Source: Octopus vulgaris (Eukaryota). Taken from it: a stretch of DNA of 64,000 nucleotides. A program made the translations under genes and the position numbers. The notes below the pieces were generated by a model, which saw nothing but the letters and a program-made list of their open reading frames with translations, was not told the origin of the DNA and ran no database searches. Of this stretch, positions 43,222-56,361 are shown piece by piece (position 1 is the first letter of the stretch; every line of letters begins with the position of its first letter). Location of the stretch: the NCBI GenBank assembly GCA_951406725.2, contig OX597818.1, positions 117,056,001 to 117,120,000 on the forward strand. The letters run 5' to 3'.

Positions 43222-43580
43222 ACTGAATCTTCTTAAGGAAGCACTCCGTCGGTTACGACGACGAGGGTTCCGGTTGATCCGATCAACGGAACAGCCTGCT
43301 CGTGAAATTAACGTGTAAGTGGCTGAGCACTCCACAGAAACGTGTACCCTTACCGTAGTTCTCGGGGATATTCAGCATGACACAGAGAGTGACAAGGCTG
43401 GTCCTTTGAAATACAGGTACAACAGAAACAGGAAGTAAGAGTGAGAGAAAGTTGTGGTGAAAGAGTACAGCAGGGATCACCACCATCCCCTGCCGGAGCC
43501 TCGTGGTGTTTCTGGGAATCGAATCCGCGATCCTACGACCGCGAGTCAGCTGCCCTAACCACTGGGACATTGCGCCTCCA
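43222..43580 (-). mobile_element. SINE family C
   Basis: Reverse complement of the family C head at 43580; tail repeat seen as CGACGACGAGGGTTCC. Confidence 0.88.
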
Positions 43581-43946
43581 CACTGAATCTTCTACTCTGT
43601 ATGGAAAGTAAATGCACGTGAGATAGCGGTTAGCGAATTCCGCTCACGATCATGAGGACGTGTGTTCAATTCCCGGTGATGCGTTGTGTCCTTGAGCAAG
43701 ACACTTTATGTCACGTTGCCCCAGTCCACTCAGCTGAGAAGAATGACGAGTACCTGTATTTCAAAGAGCCATCTTTGTCCCATTCCATTCCAATGCTGAA
43801 TCTGCCTGAGAACTAACTTCATACAGTTAGACAGCAATTTCACGATCGGGCTGTTCCTTTCATGGTATCAACCGGAACATGGTTCGTCATAACCAATAGA
43901 GTGCCATTTTTGTCCTTGGCATATATCCTTTTGTGGGTTTACACCT

Positions 43947-44346
43947 GTTCCGGGTTCAGTCCCACTGCGTGGCACTTTGGGCAAGTGTCTTCTATTGTAG
44001 CCTCGAGCCGACTAAAGCCTTGTGAGTGGATTTGGTAGGCAGAAACTGAAAGAAGCCCGTCGAATATATGTAAATATATATATATATATGTATGTGTATA
44101 CGTGTTTGTATGTCTGTGTTTGTCCCCCCCCCCCAACATCGCTTGGCAACCGATGCTGGTGTGTTTACGTCTCCGTAACTTAGCAGTTCAGCAAAAAGAG
44201 ACCGATAGAATAAGCACTAGGCTTACAAAGAATAAGTCCTGGGGTCGATTTGCTCGACTAAAGGCGATGCTCCAGCATGACTATAACAAGTAAAAGAGTG
44301 TAAAGAGTAAAAGAGTAAAGAGTAACAGAGTAAAGAGTAAAAGAGT
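43947..44346 (+). mobile_element. SINE family A, 5'-truncated, with expanded (GTAAAAGA)n tail
   Basis: Homologous to family A. Confidence 0.88.
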
Positions 44347-44761
44347 ATACATCTCAAAGACTATTTTATACGAGTTCAATGATCGTGGTGTAATTCAAAA
44401 AATATTTGGCTGCTCTTTCTAGGAGGCCAAGGTTTCCTGTATAATGTGTACTCTGATGTTTGTATTGCTGATAATTCCACCTTCACCATTCTATTATTGG
44501 TGCAGACAAAATAATGCACAGCAACAATAATACTATTAATTTTTCTTCCTCTAATTGTAATTATTCTTCATGCACGATTTGCTGCCAATATTATTTTTAA
44601 TATTTGAATTATAGCTGCTATTTGAACAATTCTTTACTACATGCACACATACAGACAACCACACGTACACAGACAGACACACAGACGGTAATGCAACCTC
44701 CATTGATATTTCATGTTCCAATATCCGAATTTGGATGTTGAATACTGAATAATTTCTTACC

Positions 44762-45345
44762 TATTTCTTTACTACCCACCAGGGGCTAAACACAGAGGGG
44801 ACAAACAAGGACAGACAAACGGATTAAGTCGATTATATCGACGCCAGTGCGTATCTGGTACTTATCTAATCGACCCTGAAAGGATGAAAGGCAAAGTCGA
44901 CCTCGGTGGAATTTGAACTCAGAACGTAACGACAGACAAAATACCTATTTCTTTATTATCCACAAGGGGCTAAACATAGAGGGGACAAACAAGGACAGAC
45001 AAACGGGTTAAATCGATTATATCGACCCCAGTGCGTAACTGGTACTTAATCGACCCCGAAGGGATGAAAGGCAAAGTCAACCTGGGCGGAATTTGAACTC
45101 AGAACGTAACGACAAACGAAATACCTATTTCTTTATTATTCACAAGGGGCTAAACACAGAGGGGACAGACAAGGACAGACATGGGTATTAAGTCGATTAA
45201 ATCGACTCCAGTGCGTAACTGATACTTAATTTATCGACCCCGAAAGGATGAAAGGCAAAGTCGACCTCGGCGGAATTTGAACTCAGAACGTAACGACAGA
45301 CGAAATACCACTAAGCATTTCGCCCGGCGTGCTAACGTTTCAGCC
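44762..45345 (-). mobile_element. SINE family B head-to-tail trimer
   Basis: Three ~180-bp bodies joined at AAATACCTATTTC, with a single head. Confidence 0.9.
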
Positions 45346-45717
45346 CAGCGGTAACGTGACACCACTGAACATATAAATGTAACCCGGCCTTATGAAAGAA
45401 AATACTTTTGAAAAACTCGAACATAACTTCAGAGTGCATTTTGCTAGTTAAGGCTAGTTCATGGCGTTCAACTACCAAGAACGTATATTCTCAAAATCCT
45501 AGACATGTGATCTTCACATAAAAATCGAGGTAAATTTTCATTAACATAAGTATTTTCTTAAAGTTTCATCGCATAATCTGCAATAAAATTACTTCCAAGT
45601 CAAACATTGCAAAGACAGGATACACAGAAAAAAACGCTGAATGCATTTATGTATGTATGTATGTATGTATGTATGTATGTATGTATGTATGTATGTATGT
45701 ATGTATGTATGTATGCA

Positions 45718-46260
45718 TGCATTTATCTAGGTATGCATGTCATTGTTCAGTTTCTTGGCAAGACGTTTTGCCAATAGGAAAAGAACCGGTTTCTAACCTA
45801 AATCCAAGGCTCCTTCATTGGAATTTCAACATCAACAACAGGGTATTTTTGTATGTATATATGTATGTAGGTATGGTTGTTTGTATGTATGCATTTATTT
45901 ATGTATGTATGTATGTATGTATGTGTGTATGTATCTGCAGATTTGTATGTTTTATGTATGTATTTTCAGGCATATAGTTTCATATCTAGACATGCTCATA
46001 TATTTTCAAATGATAAACTTCTGGAAACTTTTAAAGAGATTTACAGTTCCACTGATGGATTGGATCTGTAGTCTTCGAATTAGCTTTCTCCTTTTTTTTT
46101 TTGAGAAGCATAATGTTTCACGATTGCTATTTGGACAGTGTGTTACATATCTCAGTGCCCCAATAATTACAGGTATAAACCTGAACTTGTAAACTGGATA
46201 GAATAACTGCAGAATTCTCAATAGTTCAGCGTAGGTGTTCTTTTTTCATTGATCTTCAGC
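45718..46260 (-). mobile_element. 3' fragment of an RLE-type (restriction-like endonuclease; R2/R4/NeSL group) LINE embedded in (ATAC)n
   Basis: Translation YAELLRILQLFYPVYKFRFIPVIIGAL...LQIQSISGTV resembles the RLE C-terminus. (TATG)n flanks both sides (45648-45717, 46261-46330). Confidence 0.7.
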
Positions 46261-46915
46261 TATGTATGTATGTATGTATGTATGTATGTATGTATGTATG
46301 TATGTATGTATGTATGTATGTATGTATGTATGCATGCATGTATGTATTTATGTATCTATCCATGCTTGTATGTACGAGATTGTGCTGAAAACGTCCTGGC
46401 TTTGGGTATATATAGAAGTATATATATATGTATATACATGTATATATATGTATATATATATACATGTATATATATATAAACATATATACATATCTATCTG
46501 TTTATATATCTCCAAATACCCACAGACACACGCACACACACAGTCATACCCTTATTGGTGTGCGATGATATGTTACCATAAATGTTAGGGCTCTATTGTC
46601 GGCCGTGTTAACATCACACATCTCACTAATGCAATCAGTGAAGCATAGAAATGGAGTCGGGCTATAACTTATTTACAATAGCCACGAAGTTTTAAATCAA
46701 CAAATTATTGGTATTTCTAATATTTCATTACCTAGGATGCAATAATCAGTTATGAAATTGCCAACGCCTCATTTGTCATCTGATCATTGATCTAATCTGT
46801 ACTTGAGCTTGGTTTCTGATTATTGATTATATAGCGTGCGCAATAAAATACCTGAAATATCAACACTTTTTACCTCTTCTTTCTTCATTTGCGTTGTCCA
46901 CAAACACACACACAC

Positions 46916-46989
<74 letters not shown>

Positions 46990-47010
46990 GCACATACATA
47001 TATGTGCATA

Positions 47011-47745
47011 GTGGAGGCGCGCAATGGCCCAGTGTTTAGGGCAGTGGACTCTCGGACGTAGGATCACTGTCTCGATTCCCAGACCGGACGTTCTGAGTGT
47101 TTATTGAGCGAAAACACCTAAAGCTCCACGAGGCTCCGGCAGTGGTTGGTGGCGAACCCTCGTGTACTTTTTCACCATAACTTTCTCTCACTCTTCTTTC
47201 CTGTTTCTGTTGTACCTCTATTTCAAAGGGTCAACCTTGTCACACTCTGCGTAACGCTGAATTGTGCAGGGTGATTCAAATGTCTCCATACGTAGGAAAA
47301 ATTTATTTTTTTCATAAGAAACAGTTTATAAGACCTCCTAGATCCCCTGATCTGACCCCGCTTGATTTCTATCTTTGGGGGCATTTTAAAGGCATGGTGT
47401 ATCGCGGGAACATAAAAGACATAAATCCTTTGAAGGAACGCATCACCAACTCCTTTGCACACATAACACCAGATGTGTTATTACGAGTTCGCAATGAGTG
47501 GGGTAAACGTATTGCAATGTGGATTCAAAACAATGGTAACTATAAAGAGACTGTTAAATAAAAAACAGAAAAAGATAAATGTTTCCTATGTATGGTGACT
47601 TTTGAATCACCCTGTAGTTCCCCGAGAACTACATTAAGGGTACACGTGTCTGTGGAGTGGTCAGGCACTTGCACGTTAATTTCACGAGCAGGCTGTTCGG
47701 CGGATTGGATCGACTGGAACCCATGTCGTAACGGATGGAGTGCCG
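47011..47745 (+). mobile_element. SINE family C interrupted by a Tc1/mariner derivative
   Basis: The SINE sequence GCTGAAT|..TCCCCGAGAACTAC is split by the 47267-47614 insert. Confidence 0.85.
47267..47614 (+). mobile_element. Internally deleted Tc1/mariner (maT/DD37D-like) element
   Basis: TIRs CAGGGTGATTCAAA.GTC.CCATAC.TAGGAAA with TA on the right flank. Transposase C-terminus PPRSPDLTPLDFYLWG...LKERI. Confidence 0.88.
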
Positions 47746-48399
47746 TAGTAATGTGCATGTATGTATGTTTGTATATAAACATGTACATATGTACATGTAT
47801 GTATATATATTTAGTCCCTTCAGCCCTCAGAAAATCTATTGATGAAAGGTCTTCAAGCAGTAAACTTACCCTTTTGAATCTTTATATAGCGTGCACCTTG
47901 AACCTCATTTTCAATACATATTCTTCTTTGAATGGTAATAAACCTTGATATGACGGAATGTAGCTGCTATTTCTCAAAGGCTGAGTGATTGTATGCAAGA
48001 CCTGTCATTGGTTTGCTTCCAGATTCTTCCTCTCTCTGTTGCGGATATATTATATAATCTTTCTCCAATTCCTTGATGTATTGCAAAAATATTGGAATGA
48101 ACAAATCTATTCTACGTTTGCGACAATTATTATAAGAATTTAAACACTTGCTTCAAAATACTTGTTTATTTATATGAATATTTTAAGCGCAAATTGAGAG
48201 GACTGTTGAGAAGAGGATGTTATTCAACTTCATCGTTATCAATACTTCAGAGGCAATTCATTTTACTAAATCTAAAATGCAAATTTAATTTCAACAAAGC
48301 ACTATCACATACTGTTTTTTCTTCCATAAACTATCTGTTCGCCATCCCTACCTCAAAAATGGTAATACTTTCTAAAATAAATCAAGCTATCAACTTTTC

Positions 48400-48652
48400 T
48401 GTTCTATGTTTTAGAGACGACGTAATATATACATTATTTACATTAGACAGATAGGTATCCTCACCTCGTTTGCTATTACCACAAGGTTACATCTCATGTA
48501 CTTTCCTGGCTTCATCAGGTATCCTGGTAGAATTTTGAACCCATCCCTTTATTTAACTAATGGATTACTCGGTTCTCATTCCTAAGGTTTTTTGTTGTTT
48601 TTTTTGCTGATGCTATTATTAATTATTCAAGACACTGCCTGGGATTGGACTC
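48400..48652 (-). mobile_element. Degenerate copy of the 40.6-41.1 kb hammerhead repeat
   Basis: CTTCATCAGGTATC and GGTTCTCATTCCTAAGG are retained; GAAAC is damaged. Confidence 0.65.
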
Positions 48653-48659
48653 ACAAGTC

Positions 48660-48950
48660 GGAATTTGAACTTAGAACTTAGAACGGCAGACGAAATGCCT
48701 ATTTCTTTACTACCCACAAGGGGCTAATCACAGAGGAGACAAACAAGGACAGACAGACGGATTAGCCGTATTTCGCCTGCCGTTACGTTCTGAGTTCAAA
48801 TTCCGCCGAGGTCGACTTTGCCTTTCATTCTTTCGGGGTAGATGAATTTAGTACCAGTTACGCACTGGGGTCGATATAATCGACTTAATCCGTTTGTCTG
48901 TTCTTGTTGGTTTCCTCTGTGATTAGCCCCTTGTGGGTAGTAAAGAAATA
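48660..48950. mobile_element. SINE family B with internal inversion
   Basis: 48660-48765 is on the minus strand and 48766-48950 is on the plus strand. Confidence 0.8.
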
Positions 48951-49434
48951 TATATACCATACACAGGTCAGTATAGTATATTCTTTCAAGGCTCGAACTG
49001 GAGGAAACGTAAGCACGCCTCACAAAACGTTTAGGGGTAGTTCGTCTGGGGTATCTTCTGAGTTCAAATTCCGCCGAGGCCGACTTTGCCTTTCATCATT
49101 TCGAAGTTGAGCCCTAGAGTCGATGTAAACGACTTTGACCTCCCCTAATGTTGCTGGTCTTGTACAAAATTTGAAACTGAAATATTATATTTTGTTTTAA
49201 GGTTGAGAACTGTCACAATCAACGGTATGCCGGACAAAATGTTTAGCGGGATTTCTCCTGTCTCGTTTGGTTTCTAGTTCAAGTAGCACTGAAGTTAACT
49301 TTAACTTTCATCCTTAAGGGGGTCGATACACTCAGTAGGATTCAATCACCAGAGTCAATGTAATCGATATTCGCCATTCCCTCAAAATTTCTTAGGTTCG
49401 TGTTGAAATTGCAAAGAATATATTATATTTATAT

Positions 49435-49821
49435 TTTTTTGCCCACAGGGGCTAAACATAGAGGGAACAAACAAGGCAGACAAAGGGTTTATATCGATTA
49501 CATCGACCCCTGCGCGTAACTGGTACTTATTTAATCGACCCCGAAAGGATGAAAGGCAAAGTCGACCTCGGCTGAATCTGAACTCAGAACGTAACGGCAG
49601 ACGAAATATCTATTTCTTTACTACCCGCAAGGGGCTAAACACAGAGAGGACAAACAATGACAGACAAGCGGATTAGATCGATTATATCGACCCCAGCGCG
49701 TAACCGAAAGGATGAAAGGCAAAGTCGACCTCGGCGGAATTTGAACTCAGAACGTAGCGGCTGACGAAATACCGCTAAGCATCTCGCCCGGTGTGCTAAC
49801 GATTCTGCCACCTCGCCGCCT
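49435..49821 (-). mobile_element. SINE family B dimer
   Basis: Two bodies, one head. Confidence 0.88.
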
Positions 49822-49940
49822 TAAACGGGGACGAAGATAATGACACACAAACACCGATGGGGATGGGGTACGAGAAACACTGACACAAACACATACACAC
49901 ATACAGAAAGAAAAAGACACGCACACAAACATACACACCT

Positions 49941-49982
<42 letters not shown>

Positions 49983-49983
49983 T

Positions 49984-50156
49984 ATTAAATTAGAGATAAA
50001 ACCACTATTAGGCAAATCAAACAGTGAAAATCATAAGCCAATACATAGAAATAAAATTAATTAAAAAATATATAAAAAATATAAAATATAAAATATAAAA
50101 ATCCAATTAAAATATTTAAATTAAAGTTAAAATTTTTAAAAATTATTTATTTATTA

Positions 50157-50202
<46 letters not shown>

Positions 50203-50287
50203 TAATTATATATGTTATTTGTTATTTATGTATTGGTTTATATCTTTCACCGTCTGAGTTGCATAATAGTAGTTTTATCTCTAATTC

Positions 50288-50290
<3 letters not shown>
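49984..50290. repeat. Inverted repeat with ~70-bp arms around an AT-rich spacer
   Basis: AATTAGAGATAAAACCACTATT...CCAATACATA pairs with TATGTATTGG...AATAGTAGTTTTATCTCTAATT. Confidence 0.75.
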
Positions 50291-50323
<33 letters not shown>

Positions 50324-50760
50324 CACGACGGGCTTCTATTTACTTCCGTCTATCAAATACCCAATGCGTCGCACAATACAATGTGACATACTTGCTTGAT
50401 ACAAGTATGTGTGTGTGCATGTGTGTGTGTGGTATATGTATAAAGTTGTACTCATGAAGTAGTTATGGATTTCATTTCATAAAGCACGATGCAAAACACT
50501 TCATCTCATGCTGCTTTGCGATCACTTCGACACCTCACGTGTGGTAGGTCGTGCCGATGCGCAGGCAACGACGATTTGATGGAGCGAACTAATATACAGT
50601 ACAAACACCTGATCATTATTAAACAACCATTTGTGCAATTGTTGAGCAAGATATTGCAGAACTCCAAGTTTCTCTGACTATGAGTCTACTATCATTATAT
50701 ATATACATATACAGTTGTATGTTTCTCTGTCTCTGACTCTCTGTCTCTCTCATTCTCTAC

Positions 50761-50835
<75 letters not shown>

Positions 50836-51163
50836 CTTATCACTAACGTTTTCCCTCTTTCTCTTTCTCTCTCGCTCTCAATTTCTCCTCTCCCGTTTTC
50901 TCTCTCTGACTCTCTCCGTGGTTGCGTGTGTTTCTCTGAGTTTGTAATGCTTTTCATGGCGGTGATCTTCAGACAAGATAGCGTTTGTGCAAATGTCTAT
51001 GTGTGGGAGAATATATATAGTTTCATTAAGTCGTAAAATACAATAGAATATATTGAAATCAATTCTCCTATCTTTGTTCAAAACTAGAATATTTATGCAT
51101 ATATGTATATGTATATACGTATGTATATATATATATATATGTATGTGTGTGTGAGTGTGCATG

Positions 51164-51240
<77 letters not shown>

Positions 51241-51399
51241 TTATGTATATACGTACGAGTGTATATGAGTAGGTACGTGTATATGTATACCAGATGCGAA
51301 GGGTGCTTCAGAACACTTAATTATCTGAATATTGCTCTCTTCAAAAGGATTAAAATATTGTTTATTCCCCATCCATCATGGCAGATAAAATTCTAGCAC

Positions 51400-52390
51400 A
51401 AGAAATGACACACATTCATCGTTGCCATATGTGCACAACAAAGTGTTTTAAGAACACCATGTTTGTAGATGTTGTAAGATATTTCATACAGAAATTTCGG
51501 ATGGAATTAGATATTTCTGGCGGGAATGTTTCCATTCTATAAAATAGGGTTAAAATTTTAAACGGTCGTACCCTACAAGAACACCGAATTTTGTTGAATA
51601 TGTAAAAAAAAACCCATTAGAGATGATGTTCCCAGAAAAGCAATGAGCCCTCCGTCAAAGAACTTCATGTGTAAGTTTCCTCTACGAGAACTACAGTACT
51701 GCAGAACAATAGATGCTCATCGTATGTGCAATGGAGAGGCATGTTAACGTCTGCAAAACCACAGGGAACCACTTGATTAGTGCCAAGCGGATATGTACTA
51801 AGGTTGAAAACCCTCACAAAAATATCATGAATTGGTTCTTCTCAAATGAGAAAGAAATTAGACAAAGGACGAATTCCTTACACGAGAAGAAATGACAGAT
51901 GGCTATGCTCAGATCCTTGTGATGTACTCAAATTTTCCAGCAATTATGGTGGTCTTCGGAGTACTGAGTAGTAACCGTCATGTTATCCCACGTCTTTATG
52001 CAGGGGTTAATAATCAACGCTGCTGGACACGTTGAGGTTTTAGAGATAGGTGTGAAGCCCGGGATGGATAAATTATGCAGTGGAAAGCCATGTGTATTTT
52101 AATAAGTTTTACCGTCTTCTCACAAACCCCACTTCTCCAAACGATAGATGTCATACTCTATTTACGATAAGGTAACACCTAATTTGCGGCCTTCATCTTG
52201 CTAAATTTAAACAAAGAACTACGTTTGTAGTGTCATTAGATACGATACTATTCAACATACAATACTTAGCTGAAAGCCGCAATGTCTACATGATGTCAGA
52301 AATGAAAAAGGACTGTTTAGTACAGGTATGTCAACTATTCCGGTCCCGCTCAGAATCCTTCATCAAAGATGAATGTCAATTCAAAAAATA
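51400..52390 (+). pseudogene. Decayed maT/DD37D-like (Tc1/mariner superfamily) transposase
   Basis: Fragments WFFSNEK, RRNDRWLCSDP, FPAIMVVFGVLSS, INAAGHVEVLE.GVKP..KPCVF, with many stops. Confidence 0.72.
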
Positions 52391-52544
52391 GGAAATCTTA
52401 TTGAGAACATGTGCACCAAGTTATACTAACATACATTTTTTTGTGTGTTTTTGTTTTCTGTTTTTGTTTAGAATTGTCTTATTGCATTACCAAATATGAC
52501 TTCAAATACTTCTCGCATTTCATTTATATATATATTCATAAATA

Positions 52545-52595
<51 letters not shown>

Positions 52596-53389
52596 CACTT
52601 ATATATATATTTATATATATATACATTTATGTGTGTTTGTTTGTGTAGTGGGAATGTATGTGTGTGTGAGTGTGTATGAAGGAGAGAAATGTATGATTCA
52701 GCAAAACAATATAAAGATGATTAACGTGATATAATCATTCTTTTCATTTTTACACAGATATGAAGCTGGCTGTGTGAACACTTGCTGAATATCTTCGGCG
52801 TGATTCTGTTCTTTGATACTATGCAATTACTCTGACATTGTTTGATTACATTTCGTTCTTTAACATACCTTTGTCTGTGATGCTTCTTGTTAGAATCAGC
52901 AAGATCGTCTACTTTCACACATTTTCATTAAGACTCTTTTTTAAAAAAATGCAGTGTGGCTTCTTTAAGCAAATCATCAGCTTTCGTTGTTTTTGTTTTT
53001 TTTTCTTCTACCGACCACATCATTTAGTCACTTATACTTACGTATAAATATATAATTCATTCTTAACAAAAATTTCAATTTCATTCTAGTTTGTTGACTA
53101 CATTTACGGCAACATATCTGTTCTCAAGAATGCTAATTCTACTCAATTCAATTGTATTCTAAATAAATTAGATGCTATTTTTGTTGCAATTGATTTGAAG
53201 GGTTACCTTATATATATTCTCCGTCACGTCAAGTCCATGTTGTTATTCTTGCACGTGTGTTTCTATACTGAAAACATTTCAGCACTACAACTACCATATT
53301 TCTTTCACAATTAGGTAGGACTCCTATAGTCCATGTACTCTATTTTTCTGAGAAATTTAGGAGCAATTTTCAGGATATTTATTCGTGTA

Positions 53390-53541
53390 CATTATTTACA
53401 TTGGACGGATATGCGTCCTCATCTGTTTGTTGTTACCACAACGTTTCGACTGATTTACTCTCCACCCTTCATCGGGTGCCCTGGTGGATATTTGAACTCA
53501 ACCCTGGGTTCTCATTCCTAAGGTATTTTTGCTAATGTTAC

Positions 53542-53578
<37 letters not shown>

Positions 53579-54053
53579 GCCTTTGTACAGCTTCTAACGC
53601 TGGTGATGTACTACGGTGTCAGCTGTTCACTATCAGTGAACTAAGGTAACACCTCCTATTTTTCGGGCACTTTCCGGAGTATTCAAGCGGTTCCAAGCAG
53701 TGCTTTTTTCTGCAAGTGCTCCTCTCTTATTGCAGCCCCTATTAGTTCCATGTACTTCTCAATATTTGTACTCACTGTTCCCGGGGCTCCGACAATTATT
53801 GGTACTACTACCACCTTTTACATCGACCACAACTGCTTAACCTCCTAAGCTAACCTGTTATTATTATTATTATTATTATTATTATGGCTATTTATTGAAG
53901 GCACTCCTGGAATTGAACTAGGGGTCGGGATTAAAATTCCACCATGAGACCTGATGAAGGCTGGAGAGTAAAAATACGTCAAACAAGATGGGGACATATA
54001 TCCGTCCAATGTAAATAATGTACAGAACTCCCCATCCTTAAAATACAGAACAG
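53390..54053. mobile_element. Penelope-type inverted hammerhead repeat with a 14-bp TSD, containing a nested LINE
   Basis: TSD TATTTATTCGTGTA at 53376-53389 and 54054-54067. Hammerhead CAC-CCGATGAA...GAAAC-GTT-GTG at 53437-53478(-); partial CTGATGAAGGCTGG at 53951(+). Confidence 0.8.
53578..53856 (-). mobile_element. 5'-truncated Dong/R4-like RLE LINE inserted in (TAA)n
   Basis: Translation EVKQLW..KVVVVPIIVGAPGTV...HLQKKALLGTA*ILRKV; (TTA)n lies on both sides. Confidence 0.8.
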
Positions 54054-54214
54054 TATTTATTCGTGTATTTAACAATGAATTTGTTAAGTGGATACAATAC
54101 AACTATACCAATGGATACGAGTCCTTTATTTAAAAGCTGCTCTCTGGATGATGATGTTTATGTAAATACGATAACGTATACATTAATATTTTATACTTGC
54201 CAATGTGGTAAGCT

Positions 54215-54358
54215 GTGGAGGTGCAATGGCCCAGTGGTTAGGGCAGTGGACTCCCAGTCGGAGGATAGCAGTTTCGATTCCCAGACCGGGCGTTGTGTGT
54301 GTTTATTGAGCGAAAACACTTAAAGCCCCACGAGTCTCCGGCAGGGGGTTGTGACGAC
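54215..54358 (+). mobile_element. SINE family C, 5' part
   Basis: Head TGGAGGTGCAATGGCCCAGTGGTTAGGGC. Confidence 0.8.
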
Positions 54359-54360
54359 AC

Positions 54361-54416
<56 letters not shown>

Positions 54417-54497
54417 GTATTCAGTCTTGAGCTGAAAGTGAATAGAAATAAAAGTTAAAAATATACATAATTGTGTATATATATAATATATACTTAC

Positions 54498-54540
<43 letters not shown>

Positions 54541-55366
54541 ATTCGTTTTAGAATTGACTGTACAATATTTTGATATATTTTAAATTATCATCCAATAAAG
54601 CATTTCAATATTTTTCCTACCGAATATGGAGACATCAATTTGTAGCACTGTTTGTATTTCATTCTAGCAAAACTGATGTAGATGTATTTATTCATTGAAT
54701 ATCTTTGAGAAAGATATTAATATCTGTGTATCAATTTCATTGCTTCATATATTTTATAGCATATGCGAGATCACAGGCATAAAACCTTCAATAACAATTG
54801 TGTTTCTTATTAAATTCTTTCCTCTCTCTTGTTCTTATAAAACCAAGCATTGTCTCCCAAGCTTTTGCAAAAATAATCATCTTTTTTTTCCACAGTCATC
54901 AATTTTCCTTCCAACACAGCTTCCACGTCTTCGGGCTAAATCGTATGAAAGAATATAAGAACATGTTTTATAACAATTATTTTAGGAATATCTTCAATGT
55001 AATTAGATCGAAAGAATCCGTACAACCTCTGAACCCATATTAAATGCGAGTCTGTGCATTTTTTGCTGACATACCTGGAGATTCAACATTCAAATTAAAT
55101 ATTCTGTTAAGTAGTAAAATTCACATTATCAAAACGCTAGAAATGTCAAGTATTGAACCTGTGTTAGGAATCAATATTACTCGTGACGTTTGGATTGCAG
55201 AACGGGTAATGCCAACGATAAAAGATTTTTACATTACGACAAACCCATAGAGGTGTCGATTTTGCATTTTAGCTTCCGTTGCAGGCAAAACATTTTCAAA
55301 TCATAAAAGGCCATTAACTTAGAATTATCTCCGGAACAGTAAGAGACCAATATACTATATTGTTTA

Positions 55367-55740
55367 AGGCGGCGAGCTGGCAGAAACGTTAGCGCACCGG
55401 GCAAAATGCTGTAGCGGTATTTCGTCTGCCGCTACGTTCTGAGTTCAAATTCCGCCGAGGTCGACTTTGCCTTTCATCCTTTCGGGATCGATAAATTGAG
55501 TACCAGTTACGCACTGGGATCGATGTAATCGAATTAATCCGTTTGTCTGTCCTTGTTTGTCCTCTCTGTGTTTAGCCCCTTGTGGGCAGTAAAGAAATAT
55601 GTATTTCGTCTGCCGCTAAGTTCTGTGTTCAAATTCGGACGAGGTCGACTTTGCCTATCATCCTTTCGGGGTCGATAAATTAAGTAGCCATTTGCGTACT
55701 GTGGTTGATATAATCGAGTAGCCCCCTCCCCCAAAATTTG
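55367..55740 (+). mobile_element. SINE family B dimer (second unit has a B2-type tail)
   Basis: Head GGCGGCGAGCTGGCAGAAACG; the second body ends CCCCTCCCCCAAAATTTG. Confidence 0.85.
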
Positions 55741-56361
55741 GATCATCTTCGTCCCAGTGACTCTGGTATTCGGCAAACGAAACCTATAGACCAAGCATTA
55801 AAGTAAACTAAGTGCTGGGGTCGATTCGTTCGAATAAAATCCTTTAAGGTGGTGCTGCAGCACGGCTGCAACGTAATTATTGATACAGTTAAACAAAGAA
55901 AAAGGAAAGAAAGAAATTAGGGCTGACCTCCGGCTAAACAACATTGTTAGATCAGCTTACGCTGTTAACACAACTCCGTAAGCTTACATTAATAGCCGGA
56001 TGTAATAACTTTCGAATCAGCATTATTCTCCTCTTACCACAGTAATTTAAACTCCTCTCATTTAGAATTTAGGAACCGGATTCGTAGAAAAAAATTTCCA
56101 TTATTCATTTGTCAGGAACTATTCATGAATAACCAATTATCCTCGGTATCGAGTTCTGGTGTTTACCATTTCAGTTACCTTTTAAAACAGTTATATTTAC
56201 TAAGGTAGAACCATTAGACCGTTGAGCAATGTACCTGATAGTATCTGCTCACTCTCATAAAAAGGAGAAATTTTTGTATGTTCTACATATCATTAAGAAG
56301 AGTAATTTTGGTTATGGATTTCTTATAATTCTAGATTAATTTACTGTGTTTTTTTTGAGAT

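Noticed and set aside
45770-45825. GAAACCGGTT in the RLE LINE 3' UTR as a hammerhead
   Set aside because: There is no CUGANGA-like core; it is better explained as an ordinary 3' stem-loop.
50460-50680. GC-richer unique stretch, possible exon or regulatory element
   Set aside because: No homology or splice evidence can be discerned by eye.
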